A stretch of 63,876 nucleotides of DNA, filler included, from Octopus bimaculoides (Eukaryota): the NCBI RefSeq assembly GCF_001194135.2. It is 11 parts of 10 records of this genome, joined end to end, with 100 filler letters (N's around TTAATTAATTAA, not from the genome) between each part and the next. Parts side by side here need not be neighbours in the genome. Positions count along the whole stretch, not along the records: positions 10,017 to 31,397 come from NC_068981.1; 10 more parts are not named here. One strand, written 5' to 3'. The position numbers and the translations under genes are program-made. The notes under the pieces are model-generated. The model saw nothing but the letters and a program-made list of their open reading frames with translations, ran no database searches and was not told where the DNA came from. Positions 12,262 through 23,084 of the stretch are shown here, one piece after another (within the stretch, counting starts at the first letter, position 1; each line of letters opens with the position of its first letter).

Positions 12262-15200
12262 TCAAGCAATGAAATCAGGATCTTCATCGCTGTCGCCATC
12301 ATCTTCGCTATCACTCAGACGACGGCGTTTCTTACGCATCTTCTTCTTAACAGGAGGTTTCGGAGTTAACTTGGGAGAGGGTTTGATTTTCTTTTTCCTT
12401 TCAAGTAAAGAAGCATAATGCTGGTTACGAGGGGTGTGATGAAATGAGGGTTGTTGCTGGCTTCGAGGTTTGATCCCATCGGAGCCATCGGAAACTTTGT
12501 CAGAGACTTGCACTTCAGTGACTTCTTTAGACTCAAGATGATTCTCAGCTCCTTCAGGTACCGAGTTCTTTGCATGTGGAATGGTTTTGGCATTGTCATC
12601 AGAGTCGTCATCATCTGGAGGGTCAATACTCAACATTAAATGTTTGAAGTCAAGGAATTCTTCAACCAATTTTCGTTTCTCTTCATCACTGATAATATCT
12701 GATGGCTTTTTCTTTAGTAACTCAATAGTTGAGCTTGGTTGAAAATCTATAGCATATTTCCTTGCCAAAGGCTTATCATAAACTTTAGCTGCTTCTGCTG
12801 GTGAATAACGATGGACTTTCGTGTCGGTGAAACCATATAACTCTTTGAGATGCTGTTTCAGGACAAGAAGCAGTACACATCCTTGAGAGATGCGGCAAAT
12901 CTCCTGCAGCGGCATCACGTTCTCAGGTAATCTTTCCATGATGCTTTCAATTTCTTCATCATCCTCATCATCAAATGTTTCCCCTTTCTTTCTGTCAATC
13001 TCCTTCCTTGGTAGAAGACATTCTTTGAAAGACTGTAGCAGGTTAGAGCCAGACACTGAGACAATGATGTCTATTTGATGAATGATAAATAATGGTTCGT
13101 CTTGAGATTGGTAAGCGAAAAAGGCAAGGTTATCAGCTATATACAGGAGTTCTTCAAGTGATGCACGTGCCGAATCATCAAACAGGTTCAAAAGAGAAGT
13201 GAGTAATGCTCTTCGATAGGTTCGGTTAGCTCGAAGAACTGTATAAAGGAATGCATTTAAACTAAGATGGACAGCATCCTGGGTCCTAAGGCCTCGAACT
13301 GGCTCTGAAGGATCTTGAATGATACTTTGGAATTTATATGACATCTTTACACCTTGTAGAGCCTTCATATGAATGAACCCAGGATACTTCTTATCAATAT
13401 CTTGAAGTTGTTGATCTGATCTCACCCTCACACTTGGATCTGCTTCTGTTCCCATTGTTATTAAATAGGGAACACACTGTACAGGGTGAATGAGACCCTG
13501 GCGAAGAACAAGCTGAATAATATCAAGAGCAGACTGTCGTACCTGGAAATTGGCACAAATGAAAGATTCAAGCACTTGTTTCAGGTACACCTGTATGATG
13601 GTGCTCGCCATTCCTGATTGTAAATCTCCCATGTCTCGTAGATCTTCTGCTTTACATTGTTTTCTCCATTCGGCATCAGCTATGATCATCTTGGTTTCTT
13701 CTTCAACCAGATAGCTGTGCAGATTTCGCAATGCTTGGATCTTCAGCTTTACAGCTGCTTCACTGTTTGTAAAGAGATAATAATAGAGTCCTTTCAGTGT
13801 TTTTCCAAGCATATATTCATAATGACGGACACACATGAAGCCAAGCCCGGTCAAAGCTTTTACACGCACTTCCTCGTCTTCGTGCTCAATAAAATAGTAC
13901 AGAACATCAAATACTCGGTCTTTTATCGGAACTTTTGCTTTCGTCTCTCCCATCTCCTTGGAATCAAAATCAAAATGACGGCACAAAAGGCCAACAGTGA
14001 AAAGTGACCGCAGCAATGTAGGTCTTCTCTTTTGAAGGGTTGGATTGTTAGAATTTTCTTTGTGGTCAGCCATCAACTTAGAAAGAACTCCAAAGAATTT
14101 TTGGAAACAATCTTTAACAAGTCGATAATTATGACTGACATTATTAACAACGGCACCAAGGCAACTGACACAGCTCTGTAAAACCATCATCCCATGTTTT
14201 AGAATCAACTTCATCATGTCTTCCTCAAGTTGTGCCAAAAACGTTTCACTCGGATGGTCCATAAGAGGCACCACCATTTCAAGAATACGTGCAACGAAAT
14301 GCAGCACCATAACGTCACCTTGTGTGTTACATCTGATATTTAAATATGGCTGAAGTGTTATTGCATGTTGAACCATGAGATCAGGTTTAATCTTACTGAA
14401 GAGATGTAGTGTGGTCAAACATGCTATCAAACGCTGTGGATGAGAAGTATTATCGCCATCCACTGACTTTTCTTCTAAACTCATGACATTTTCAACAAGG
14501 CAGTTAACAATTTGCTGAGAAGCCAACAAAGCACTCTTATTATAGTGACCGTCATCATCTTTTTTTAACAAATTTTCCAGCAAATGTTCAAAGAACTCCA
14601 AACCACTGTCTTTACAGGCAGCAACAACTTCTGTAATATTCACAACACGTCTCAAAAGTCTGGAAGAGTCTTTCTCTCGTAAAGGACAAAACCACATCAT
14701 TTGGAAAACCTCGTTGACTAGCTTTTTTATGCCTTCTTCATCATTGACTCTGCGGATCATTTTCACACACATCTCAGGTATTTTGTTAAAATCAGGTTGT
14801 CCGAGGCAAATGTCTTTGAAAATCTTTATCACTCTTTTCCGTACACTGATACCTGTATCGAGAATTCGATCACATAACATGTCGTAATATTTAGGGATCA
14901 ATTCAGGCTTGATCAGTATGAACTTTCCAACAAGTTCTACAGCCGCTTCTCGGACAGATGTCGACTGATCTAGAAATCTCCCGTGTACTCCACGCTGCAT
15001 ATCATCACGCGCCAGAATTCCAGGGTCAGCTTCTACAACCGCTGTTAAACATTTCATGGCCTTTGTTCGTACTGCCACAGCTGTTTCACTGAGCACACGC
15101 AAAATTTGAGTCAGGTATATGTCAAAACTCTGAGCAAACGGTCTCTTAGAGCTGAGGTAGCGTGCTACAAGGCATGAATCTTCAGCATCTAATCTACACT

Positions 15201-18200
15201 GTAACTGTCTCATGTTGTTTGCTGGCTTGTTGGGGATTTCAATGATTGTCATTAGAAAGGTTTTCCCTTTCTCTGCAATCTCTAAGGTTTGGTTCACTTC
15301 TTCAACCCTTTCATCTTCATCTTCTTCTTTGAGTTGTGAAACTTTCTTTTGTAATTTCTCTGCTTCAACAGTAAGATCCCGATACCACTGGGCAATGTAA
15401 AACTGTCTTGCAAACAATAATGCTGGGTCACTTTGTCCATTCTCGGCCAAATAATACAACATGGCCTTCTGTAAACTTTGTGTCTGTTTTATTTCATCAA
15501 GACTTTCCTTACTGCCTTCCTTCTTAAAGTCATTCTCTTCAGTCACTTCATTGTCTATTTTTGAAATAATTTCCTCTATCATTTCTGGGTTCGTCTGACT
15601 AGTGACGGCATCACTGCGAAGACGAGCAGCAACTATGCCTAAATATTCTAATGAAGCAACTCTCAATGACATATCTGTAGATTTATTGCTGAACTGCTGT
15701 ACAAGAATTCTCCCAAGAAGACTAAGCAACAATTCTGAAGCTGGCCATTCTGGCTTGTTCACTGTAGATAGTAAATCCTGAACAAAGTTTTCAAAAAGGG
15801 GCCGATAGTCATCTTCGCTTTTGGCAGTACATTTCTTAAGAAAGACAGAGAGGAAGTTATAACCAGTTCTCATGGCTGTCTCATATGATGTTACAATAAT
15901 GACATCATCATCTGCTTCCCTTTTTTTCCTCTCCAATGATTTTTTATCTATTACAGGTTTCTCATCAATACAAATTTCAGACGCGACAGATTTTCGTGAA
16001 GGCAATTTAATGACACACTGGATCAACTGCAAGGCAAGCGCTGTCACCATTTGTATGGACTCGTCAGCATTTAGGCGATAGTTGCGGAGGTTCCGCTTGG
16101 TGGATGGTAGTCGAGCTAAAGAGGCAAAAATATCTTCCAAAATAAGTTGTCTGTGTTTATCGTACTTACAAAAAATATTTGTTACCAGCTTCATTGAATT
16201 TAACTGCATTTCACTAATGTTCTCAACAAAAAAAGGGGACACACTTAATGTAGACACTTGCAAAATGACAGTGTCTGTCAGTTCTTGAATGTGCAACAAC
16301 TCACTCAGAGCCTTGATGAGCTCACAGAGTTTATTATATAAAGTTATTGTAGCTTTGTGCTTTACTGAGTGGGTACGAGCTCGTTTGGATTTCAGGTTAC
16401 CTTGGTAACCTCCTTTTGCATGAGGATCTATTTTATATACAGGATCAAACTCTGGGTAAATTGTATTCTGAAGCTGCCACTTACCAAATAGAATGATTCT
16501 TTCAATAACATCATCTAAATACACCTGCTTTGGCATTTCTGGAGCAGTGATTATGTAAAGAGCTGCTAGAGATGCATCCATACTCCTCATCACTCGCTCC
16601 ATCATCATTTCTCTCCACATTACAGACTCTTCGTCATCTTCATCTTCGTCTTCTTCAGGTCTTATATTTGGTGCCAACTTCACACCATCTCGTACATTCC
16701 ACTGAAGTATTGTAAGTAACTTTACAAGTTTGTCGGAGGGAATTTGATTCGTTACTTTCTGGGCTTTCAATTTTGCTGCCTCCCCACAAATTTCGGCAAG
16801 AACCTGTCTTGCAATAAGGGATTCTGGTGGACATTCCGTGTCGTCATCGTTTGGATCAAGAGAACCAAAATCAATCTCCTCCGCACTGTCAAATACGTAT
16901 TCCACTGACTGAGCAAATTTTCTAAATGTTGGACTATCAAATAACTCCTCGGAACTTAATGCCCTCTGATTCATACGTTTGTGTCGCTTCCGACGTTTTT
17001 TCCGAGCTGATTCATCCATTTCCTCCTCTTCGTCACTTGAGTACAATCTTTTTGTACTTTTTATTTTTTTCATCGTGTCACAATCTGTCCTAATTCTTCC
17101 TCCAGAGACAACAGACTGAAGTGTTTTGGCATCTAAAAGTTCTAACACCACAATGGGCTTAGAATTTTTAGCAACTAAAAGGTCAACTTGCTTACTAAAA
17201 GATATCTCTTCGACATCCTCTGGTTTGATTTGCCTTTGTTGTTGTTGCTGCTGCTGCAGCAGAAAATCCTCCTGTAGAACCATAGGGTAGGGGGGACACT
17301 GCTTTGCTTTATCTGTTTTCTCCGAAGACATGTTGCGTGTTCGTCGTTTACACAGCTCCATATCTGCCTCTACACAGGAAGAACTAGCAGTGGCTGTGAA
17401 TGATGCAGGTAATCTGCTACTCTGGTGGAAATCTCCACTACAAGAGGCAGAATCTCCCTGTAGGCCAAACTGCAACTGGTGCAGAGACATGTTATCTGAT
17501 CCACTCTTCCTGCGACCAGACATGTCCGGACAAATGTTCATACACTCAGGGGAAGGCTTGCTCTCAAAAGATTCACTGCACTTCGGTCCTAAGGTAGATT
17601 TGGCACTACTGGTTCGCCTCTTACAGGAGTAAGCAGACCCTGCAGATTCAGGTGGAGATAATACATCTAAATTGATGTGTTCAGCCACTGCAGCCAGAGG
17701 GGGTGACACAGTATTCTGATCAAATCTTTGATTTTGAGCAAAATGTTGAAACTGTTGTTGTTGCTGCTGCTGTTGATACAAATTTGGTGAAAGAAAATTA
17801 GCATGAGATGAATATTGAGAGTTTGTTGGGTATCGTGGTGATGAATCTGACTGTATTGGTTGCAGTCTGGGAGAAACATTATTCTGATTTAGATGATATG
17901 GCATGGTAAAATGACCCGAATGGTATTGTGGAAGAGGTGGTTGCTGGCTTTGAATAAGTTCATGAGGGGGTTGTGGGTGAAGTAAGTGCTGCTGTTGCTG
18001 CCTGGTTTGAATGAAGTTTGCAGACTGCTGCTGCGATAGGTTCTGATGGGGTGTTCGACTGTCAAAACCTCGAACATCAAATCCACTGCCACTACTACTA
18101 CTACTGCTACTACTACTACTACTACTACTACTGGCAGTGGAAGTAGTTGTAGTAATGTTACCACCGACACCAGCAGTAGTGGTGGTAGCATTGTTAGTTT

Positions 18201-18585
18201 TAGTATGAAAAACACTGGGGTTCTGTCGAAGAACCATTTTTAACAGATCAGGGATATCTCCTTCTATGGCATCACTTGCTAAACTGTCTTTTAATTCAAT
18301 GTGATCCGTAGAAGTTTGTTTCAGAGCATGAGCAAGCTGCTGAGCTAGTGTTTCATCGTGAGTCTCAAGTATTTTACGAGCGTCATCAGCAATTTTCGGA
18401 TTAAAGAGGAGACTTTTATTGTGCATAGCTGGGGAGAGAGGTGTTGGCAGGGGAAGCTCAGGCAGTAAGTCTGTAAGACTAGTTACTCCTGCCAATGTTA
18501 TAATAGGAACACTTGGAATTTCGCCGTTCATCATGCGATTCAATACATCGCTTCTGCTACATGCCACTACATCTTGAACAACCAT
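12262..18585 (-). CDS. NIPBL: Nipped-B-like protein (Scc2/delangin, cohesin loader), single coding exon, 2107 aa
   Basis: Uninterrupted 6324-nt ORF with no Ns. The segment MNGEIPSVPIITLAGVTSLTDLLPELPLPTPL...STDHIELKD matches the conserved NIPBL N-terminus (human MNGDMPHVPITTLAGIASLTDLL...STDHIELKD). It is followed by a low-complexity Q/S/T region, a basic NLS-like KKRRKRHKR, and a long HEAT-repeat body with NIPBL-typical segments (DIFASLARLP, VRTKAMKCL, DQSTSVREAAVELVGKF, RILDTGISVRKRVIKI, QGLIHPVQCVPYLI). The conserved start is M19 at 18531. Confidence 0.97.
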   Translation of the reverse strand: MVVQDVVACSRSDVLNRMMNGEIPSVPIITLAGVTSLTDLLPELPLPTPLSPAMHNKSLLFNPKIADDARKILETHDETLAQQLAHALKQTSTDHIELKDSLASDAIEGDIPDLLKMVLRQNPSVFHTKTNNATTTTAGVGGNITTTTSTASSSSSSSSSSSSSSGSGFDVRGFDSRTPHQNLSQQQSANFIQTRQQQQHLLHPQPPHELIQSQQPPLPQYHSGHFTMPYHLNQNNVSPRLQPIQSDSSPRYPTNSQYSSHANFLSPNLYQQQQQQQQFQHFAQNQRFDQNTVSPPLAAVAEHINLDVLSPPESAGSAYSCKRRTSSAKSTLGPKCSESFESKPSPECMNICPDMSGRRKSGSDNMSLHQLQFGLQGDSASCSGDFHQSSRLPASFTATASSSCVEADMELCKRRTRNMSSEKTDKAKQCPPYPMVLQEDFLLQQQQQQQRQIKPEDVEEISFSKQVDLLVAKNSKPIVVLELLDAKTLQSVVSGGRIRTDCDTMKKIKSTKRLYSSDEEEEMDESARKKRRKRHKRMNQRALSSEELFDSPTFRKFAQSVEYVFDSAEEIDFGSLDPNDDDTECPPESLIARQVLAEICGEAAKLKAQKVTNQIPSDKLVKLLTILQWNVRDGVKLAPNIRPEEDEDEDDEESVMWREMMMERVMRSMDASLAALYIITAPEMPKQVYLDDVIERIILFGKWQLQNTIYPEFDPVYKIDPHAKGGYQGNLKSKRARTHSVKHKATITLYNKLCELIKALSELLHIQELTDTVILQVSTLSVSPFFVENISEMQLNSMKLVTNIFCKYDKHRQLILEDIFASLARLPSTKRNLRNYRLNADESIQMVTALALQLIQCVIKLPSRKSVASEICIDEKPVIDKKSLERKKREADDDVIIVTSYETAMRTGYNFLSVFLKKCTAKSEDDYRPLFENFVQDLLSTVNKPEWPASELLLSLLGRILVQQFSNKSTDMSLRVASLEYLGIVAARLRSDAVTSQTNPEMIEEIISKIDNEVTEENDFKKEGSKESLDEIKQTQSLQKAMLYYLAENGQSDPALLFARQFYIAQWYRDLTVEAEKLQKKVSQLKEEDEDERVEEVNQTLEIAEKGKTFLMTIIEIPNKPANNMRQLQCRLDAEDSCLVARYLSSKRPFAQSFDIYLTQILRVLSETAVAVRTKAMKCLTAVVEADPGILARDDMQRGVHGRFLDQSTSVREAAVELVGKFILIKPELIPKYYDMLCDRILDTGISVRKRVIKIFKDICLGQPDFNKIPEMCVKMIRRVNDEEGIKKLVNEVFQMMWFCPLREKDSSRLLRRVVNITEVVAACKDSGLEFFEHLLENLLKKDDDGHYNKSALLASQQIVNCLVENVMSLEEKSVDGDNTSHPQRLIACLTTLHLFSKIKPDLMVQHAITLQPYLNIRCNTQGDVMVLHFVARILEMVVPLMDHPSETFLAQLEEDMMKLILKHGMMVLQSCVSCLGAVVNNVSHNYRLVKDCFQKFFGVLSKLMADHKENSNNPTLQKRRPTLLRSLFTVGLLCRHFDFDSKEMGETKAKVPIKDRVFDVLYYFIEHEDEEVRVKALTGLGFMCVRHYEYMLGKTLKGLYYYLFTNSEAAVKLKIQALRNLHSYLVEEETKMIIADAEWRKQCKAEDLRDMGDLQSGMASTIIQVYLKQVLESFICANFQVRQSALDIIQLVLRQGLIHPVQCVPYLITMGTEADPSVRVRSDQQLQDIDKKYPGFIHMKALQGVKMSYKFQSIIQDPSEPVRGLRTQDAVHLSLNAFLYTVLRANRTYRRALLTSLLNLFDDSARASLEELLYIADNLAFFAYQSQDEPLFIIHQIDIIVSVSGSNLLQSFKECLLPRKEIDRKKGETFDDEDDEEIESIMERLPENVMPLQEICRISQGCVLLLVLKQHLKELYGFTDTKVHRYSPAEAAKVYDKPLARKYAIDFQPSSTIELLKKKPSDIISDEEKRKLVEEFLDFKHLMLSIDPPDDDDSDDNAKTIPHAKNSVPEGAENHLESKEVTEVQVSDKVSDGSDGIKPRSQQQPSFHHTPRNQHYASLLERKKKIKPSPKLTPKPPVKKKMRKKRRRLSDSEDDGDSDEDPDFIA

Positions 18586-18809
18586 CTTTTAGTATTCCTG
18601 CTATGGTAATTCCATCAAATTGGTCCCCAAAATTGTCATTTAAAACACAAACGCAACTGCTGACACTGCCCAAAAACTGGTTCTTCGTTAATGGCATAAA
18701 GACAATTTTCATTCACTGAGCTTTTGAAAAATTCTGTTGAAAGTATTGTTGTACTTGGCACTTCACTGATTTTTGACAGTTAAAACTTATGTCATCGATA
18801 TATACAACG

Positions 18810-18817
18810 GATTGGCT
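18810..18817 (-). promoter_or_regulatory. CCAAT box (AGCCAATC), possible proximal NIPBL promoter
   Basis: Good NF-Y consensus about 230 nt upstream of the ATG. A single motif. Confidence 0.25.
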
Positions 18818-19409
18818 GGAGTTCAATATTTGTTTGGAGAGCGGTAGAGGGTTTTAACGTATCTGCTTTGTTTTTCGATTAAAATAAATCAGAATCAGAA
18901 ATGAAAAATAAGGAAGCTTCAGAATAATTCTAGCCAAATTTCTGTTACTTGAAAGTATGAAAGTTTGATAAAAACATGTGTAAAATTTATTCAACGTTTG
19001 TTAAGAGTTTAGACAAGAATTCCGTTCAGAGAATCTTCCTTAAAGCAACGATTTAAAAAGTAAAGGATTTAAAGAGTACAAACTATTTTACTAAACTCTT
19101 TATGAATGATATTTTCGTCCTGGTGTGTTTCCATAATTATCTTTTAAAAATAAGTGTAAGTTGGAGGTAGATAAGAGAAACAGGAAAGTAGGAATTGATT
19201 ACAATACAAACGGGATTCAAAACAAACCCGATGTCAATGTCGCTGGAGGTTGCAGGTTCAATCCTGTTACGGTTATATCAAAAATGTAGAAATGCCTAAT
19301 CCTTTAGAACAACTTTGATCGGCCGGGGACGTTAACAATAGTAAATTTACTGCTGATATTCCGTGTCCGAGTGAGAAACTATAAAACCATCATCTCCGAC
19401 TGTGGTCTT

Positions 19410-19417
19410 ACTTCCGG
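19410..19417 (-). promoter_or_regulatory. ETS/GABP-type motif CCGGAAGT
   Basis: Exact core, 0.8 kb upstream of the NIPBL ATG. A single short motif that could be chance. Confidence 0.25.
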
Positions 19418-20121
19418 TTTAAGGTCAGCTGAAGCAACTTAATCAGTTCTTAGTTATATTTAGTCAGTTTCTTATTTCGGGACGTTTATTTATTTATTTA
19501 ATGCTGCTACTACAACTTCTAGTGGTGGTGGTGACAGTGATAGGTGAATTTGACTTAGTCCGTGATGAAGTGAGATCGATTTCAAGACACGTTATATCCG
19601 AATGAAATAAGAACGGAACTGACATATAAACATTAATCTCTCCTCACAACTTTAGAGATGTAATAAACTATAAAACACGTTGGTAGAGAATAAAAAAACG
19701 GGGATGATAAAGATAAAATGTCTTCAAAAATGAGAGGAAAATGTTATTTGAAAAGAGAGATCAGGGTATCCCGGCATAAGTCTTTGATAGGACGTATGTT
19801 ACATACTTGTAAATATCAATTCAACTGAGAACGATGGGAAGGAGGAGGAGGAGGGAGAATTGCACTGTTGAGTATTTTAGATGTTTATATATATTATATA
19901 TATGGATATGGATTTGGTATGTGGAAATGGAGAAGATAATCAGTGTTTCGATTCTGGAGGTCGCAGTGGTCAATTGTAGTATTCCTAGTGCGATTAAACT
20001 ACATTGGTCGGTTTGTAGCGTTTTCTTTTTAAACAGAAGATCAAATAATGTCGGTGGAGAGAAGCAAAACAGAATGCCAGGAGAAAAAGACAACAATTAT
20101 TGAGAAATGAGAAAACATTAC

Positions 20122-20370
20122 CTGAGGTCTGTAGCGACAGTTTTTGTTTGTATTTTTTTCTATTGTGTTTGTTTTTAATGAAGAAGTAATGTGGCGATGT
20201 GTTTGTTTTCGTTCACATCCTCTTCGTTTCATAAACAAACACACACACACACACACAGTCTCACATTTATAGACTCACAGCCATGTTCACACACACACAC
20301 ACATACACCGATGAACACTCACACACACACGCTCACTTCTCGCTTTCACATACACAATATGGCGTCGTGG
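20122..20370 (-). other. Candidate non-coding first (5'UTR) exon of NIPBL
   Basis: Strong minus-strand donor CCTCAG|GTAATG at 20122/20121, about 1.5 kb upstream of the CDS, next to a local CpG cluster and a YY1-type motif. The 5' boundary and the acceptor are not determined. Confidence 0.45.
20356..20364 (+). promoter_or_regulatory. YY1-type motif AATATGGCG in a CpG cluster (candidate NIPBL promoter)
   Basis: Matches AAnATGGCG and lies at the upstream edge of the candidate first exon. Confidence 0.4.
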
Positions 20371-21656
20371 TGGCGGTGTTGGACAATTAAAGTAGAGTTA
20401 CTGTTTTTTAACTTCTTTGCTCTGTTGTGCTTGGATGTTCCACTTGTGTAGACTTATAAATAAAGAATCTTTTGATAGATATCAATACAGTTTGTAATGA
20501 AAACAATAGATCAGACCAATATTCTCCTCGCTCAGTCTTTTCAAAATATTCAGTGTTGATCCGTATCAGAGAGTGTAACACCCTACCAGGTTTTACGGCC
20601 ACCACCAAACTCCAAACAATAACAGCAACAACAAACAGACATCAAATAGAATAGTTCAGGTTTTAAATCAATAATCAGTCCACATTGTTCCTGTCTAATT
20701 CTTCTCATCATCGTTTCGTTAACGTTTCTTCTTCCTCGTTTTTTGATGTTTTTCTTCAAAACTAATGTTGTTAGAATCGCCTATTTTTCTGGACTTTGTC
20801 CGGGTTCTTCGCTTATTATTTCCATTCCTATAGAGAAAGTAAACATCCAGGAGTTGGTTGTATGGTAGGGCTGCAGAGATGGGACGAGTGTTAATTAAAA
20901 GATAATGAGAAGATAAAAGGAGCGAGTCGGGTAGGAGAGACGGTGAGCAGCCATTGTTGACNNNNNNNNNNNNNNNNNNNNNNNNNNNNNNNNNNNNNNN
21001 NNNNNNNNNNNNNNNNNNNNNNNNNNNNNNNNNNNNNNNNNNNNNNNNNNNNNNNNNNNNNNNNNNNNNNNNNNNNNNNNNNNNNNNNNNNNNNNNNNNN
21101 NNNNNNNNNNNNNNNNNNNNNNNNNNNNNNNNNNNNNNNNNNNNNNNNNNNNNNNNNNNNNNNNNNNNNNNNNNNNNNNNNNNNNNNNNNNNNNNNNNNN
21201 NNNNNNNNNNNNNNNNNNNNNNNNNNNNNNNNNNNNNNNNNNNNNNNNNNNNNNNNNNNNNNNNNNNNNNNNNNNNNNNNNNNNNNNNNNNNNNNNNNNN
21301 NNNNNNNNNNNNNNNNNNNNNNNNNNNNNNNNNNNNNNNNNNNNNNNNNNNNNNNNNNNNNNNNNNNNNNNNNNNNNNNNNNNNNNNNNNNNNNNNNNNN
21401 NNNNNNNNNNNNNNNNNNNNNNNNNNNNNNNNNNNNNNNNNNNNNNNNNNNNNNNNNNNNNNNNNNNNNNNNNNNNNNNNNNNNNNNNNNNNNNNNNNNN
21501 NNNNNNNNNNNNNNNNNNNNNNNNNNNNNNNACTAATACTCCTCCGTTCCAAATTTACTGGACTTAAATTAGAAACTGTTATTAGATCGCTCTCTATGGA
21601 AAGCGAGGGAGAAGCCAATTATATGTATGCATATACACATATACATACATACATAC

Positions 21657-21687
<31 letters not shown>

Positions 21688-22471
21688 CAGACATGTTGCT
21701 TCAGGTGGTGAGGTTCCAGTTCTGGAGTTGTGGGAAGTGTTGAGTCATCCCTCAAATTTACTGGACTTAAATTAGAAACTGTTATATCATAATAAGAATT
21801 CTCTCATTATGTGTTTACTGTGAATTTTTTGGCTTATTCTATTGTCAACATGTGTTCGAAGCTAAGTTTTAAGAACAGTAAAAAATTGGTATACTTCGAT
21901 AGGAGTGGTAACAACTGAAAACTAATGTATTTAAGCCGCTAATATATTTTTAAATTAAGAGCAATTAAAAATATAACACTGGGAGCAATTAGATATAATA
22001 AAGCGGATACTGCTTGCTGCACTTCAACAACAGTGTCAGAAGTCTGGTATTGATGGTCATAAATAAACTAGCCATAAACCCAACTTGAAAACTATTATAA
22101 ATATTTTCGTTGGTGCAATACCTTGTAAATTTCGTCATGCATTTTATTTATTGTTATGATATATGAATCAGGTGCATTTATTTCTAATTTGATTTTACAA
22201 AGAAAATATGTTGTCAGTTGTCTAGCATCGATCCCAGATTCAATCCAACAGCATGTCACCTTGGGCAAACGTCTTTTATTAGCTTCAGTTCGACCTAAAC
22301 CTTGTGAATAAAATGAGTAGGCAATACTAATGTCTGTGGAATACTCAGACGGTTACACTTATAGTCAGTGAGTGAATAATTCACCTGATCAGACTATTAG
22401 ATCGCTCTCTATGGAAAGCGAGGGAGAAGCCAATTATATGTATGCATATACACATATACATACATACATAC

Positions 22472-22506
<35 letters not shown>

Positions 22507-23084
22507 CAGACATGTTGCTTCAGGTGGTGAGGTTCCAGTTCTGGAGTTGTGGGAAGTGTTGAGTCATCCCTCAATTACTATCAATTATTCCCAGGTCTGT
22601 TCTGACCTAAAAAACTCAGTTATGTCACCTTTGATCATAAAGCCATAATAAAACTAGTTGTTGTAGAATGAATCAACAGAAAGGGGTCCAAAGTCTGCAA
22701 TACAGCTGCTTAATCTAGAGAGGGTGGTGTCTTCCAGTTTGCCAAAAGAAATTTGTCCATATGTTTGCATTTGATGAGAATTTCTAATCTAGAATTCAAC
22801 AGTGGAGTGGAATTCTTAAATCTAAAAATCTAAAAAGGATATGCGACCTTTCAGCAATGCATAAGTTGCATTTCTTATATTCATGCCATATTAACATATG
22901 GCATGAATTTTTCTCTGATTTTCCACTTGATTGTATATTGCATGGAGTTGGTCTTCAGAGGCCATATGTGGTTAGCCAAATTAGTGGCTTTACTTTTGTT
23001 GATGTACTGGAAAGAAGATCTTACCTTAATAGAAAAGTAAACTATACAAAACATACATATATATATATATATATATCAACGGAG

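Noticed and set aside
12366-18719. Short ORFs overlapping NIPBL on the opposite strand or in other frames
   Set aside because: Shadow ORFs of a long coding sequence with no independent support.
21551-22574. About 176-bp direct duplication (21580-21755 versus 22395-22574) plus a 32-bp repeat at 21551 and 21754
   Set aside because: It lies next to a gap and is identical except for 7 versus 8 GATA units; most likely an allelic or contig-end assembly artefact.
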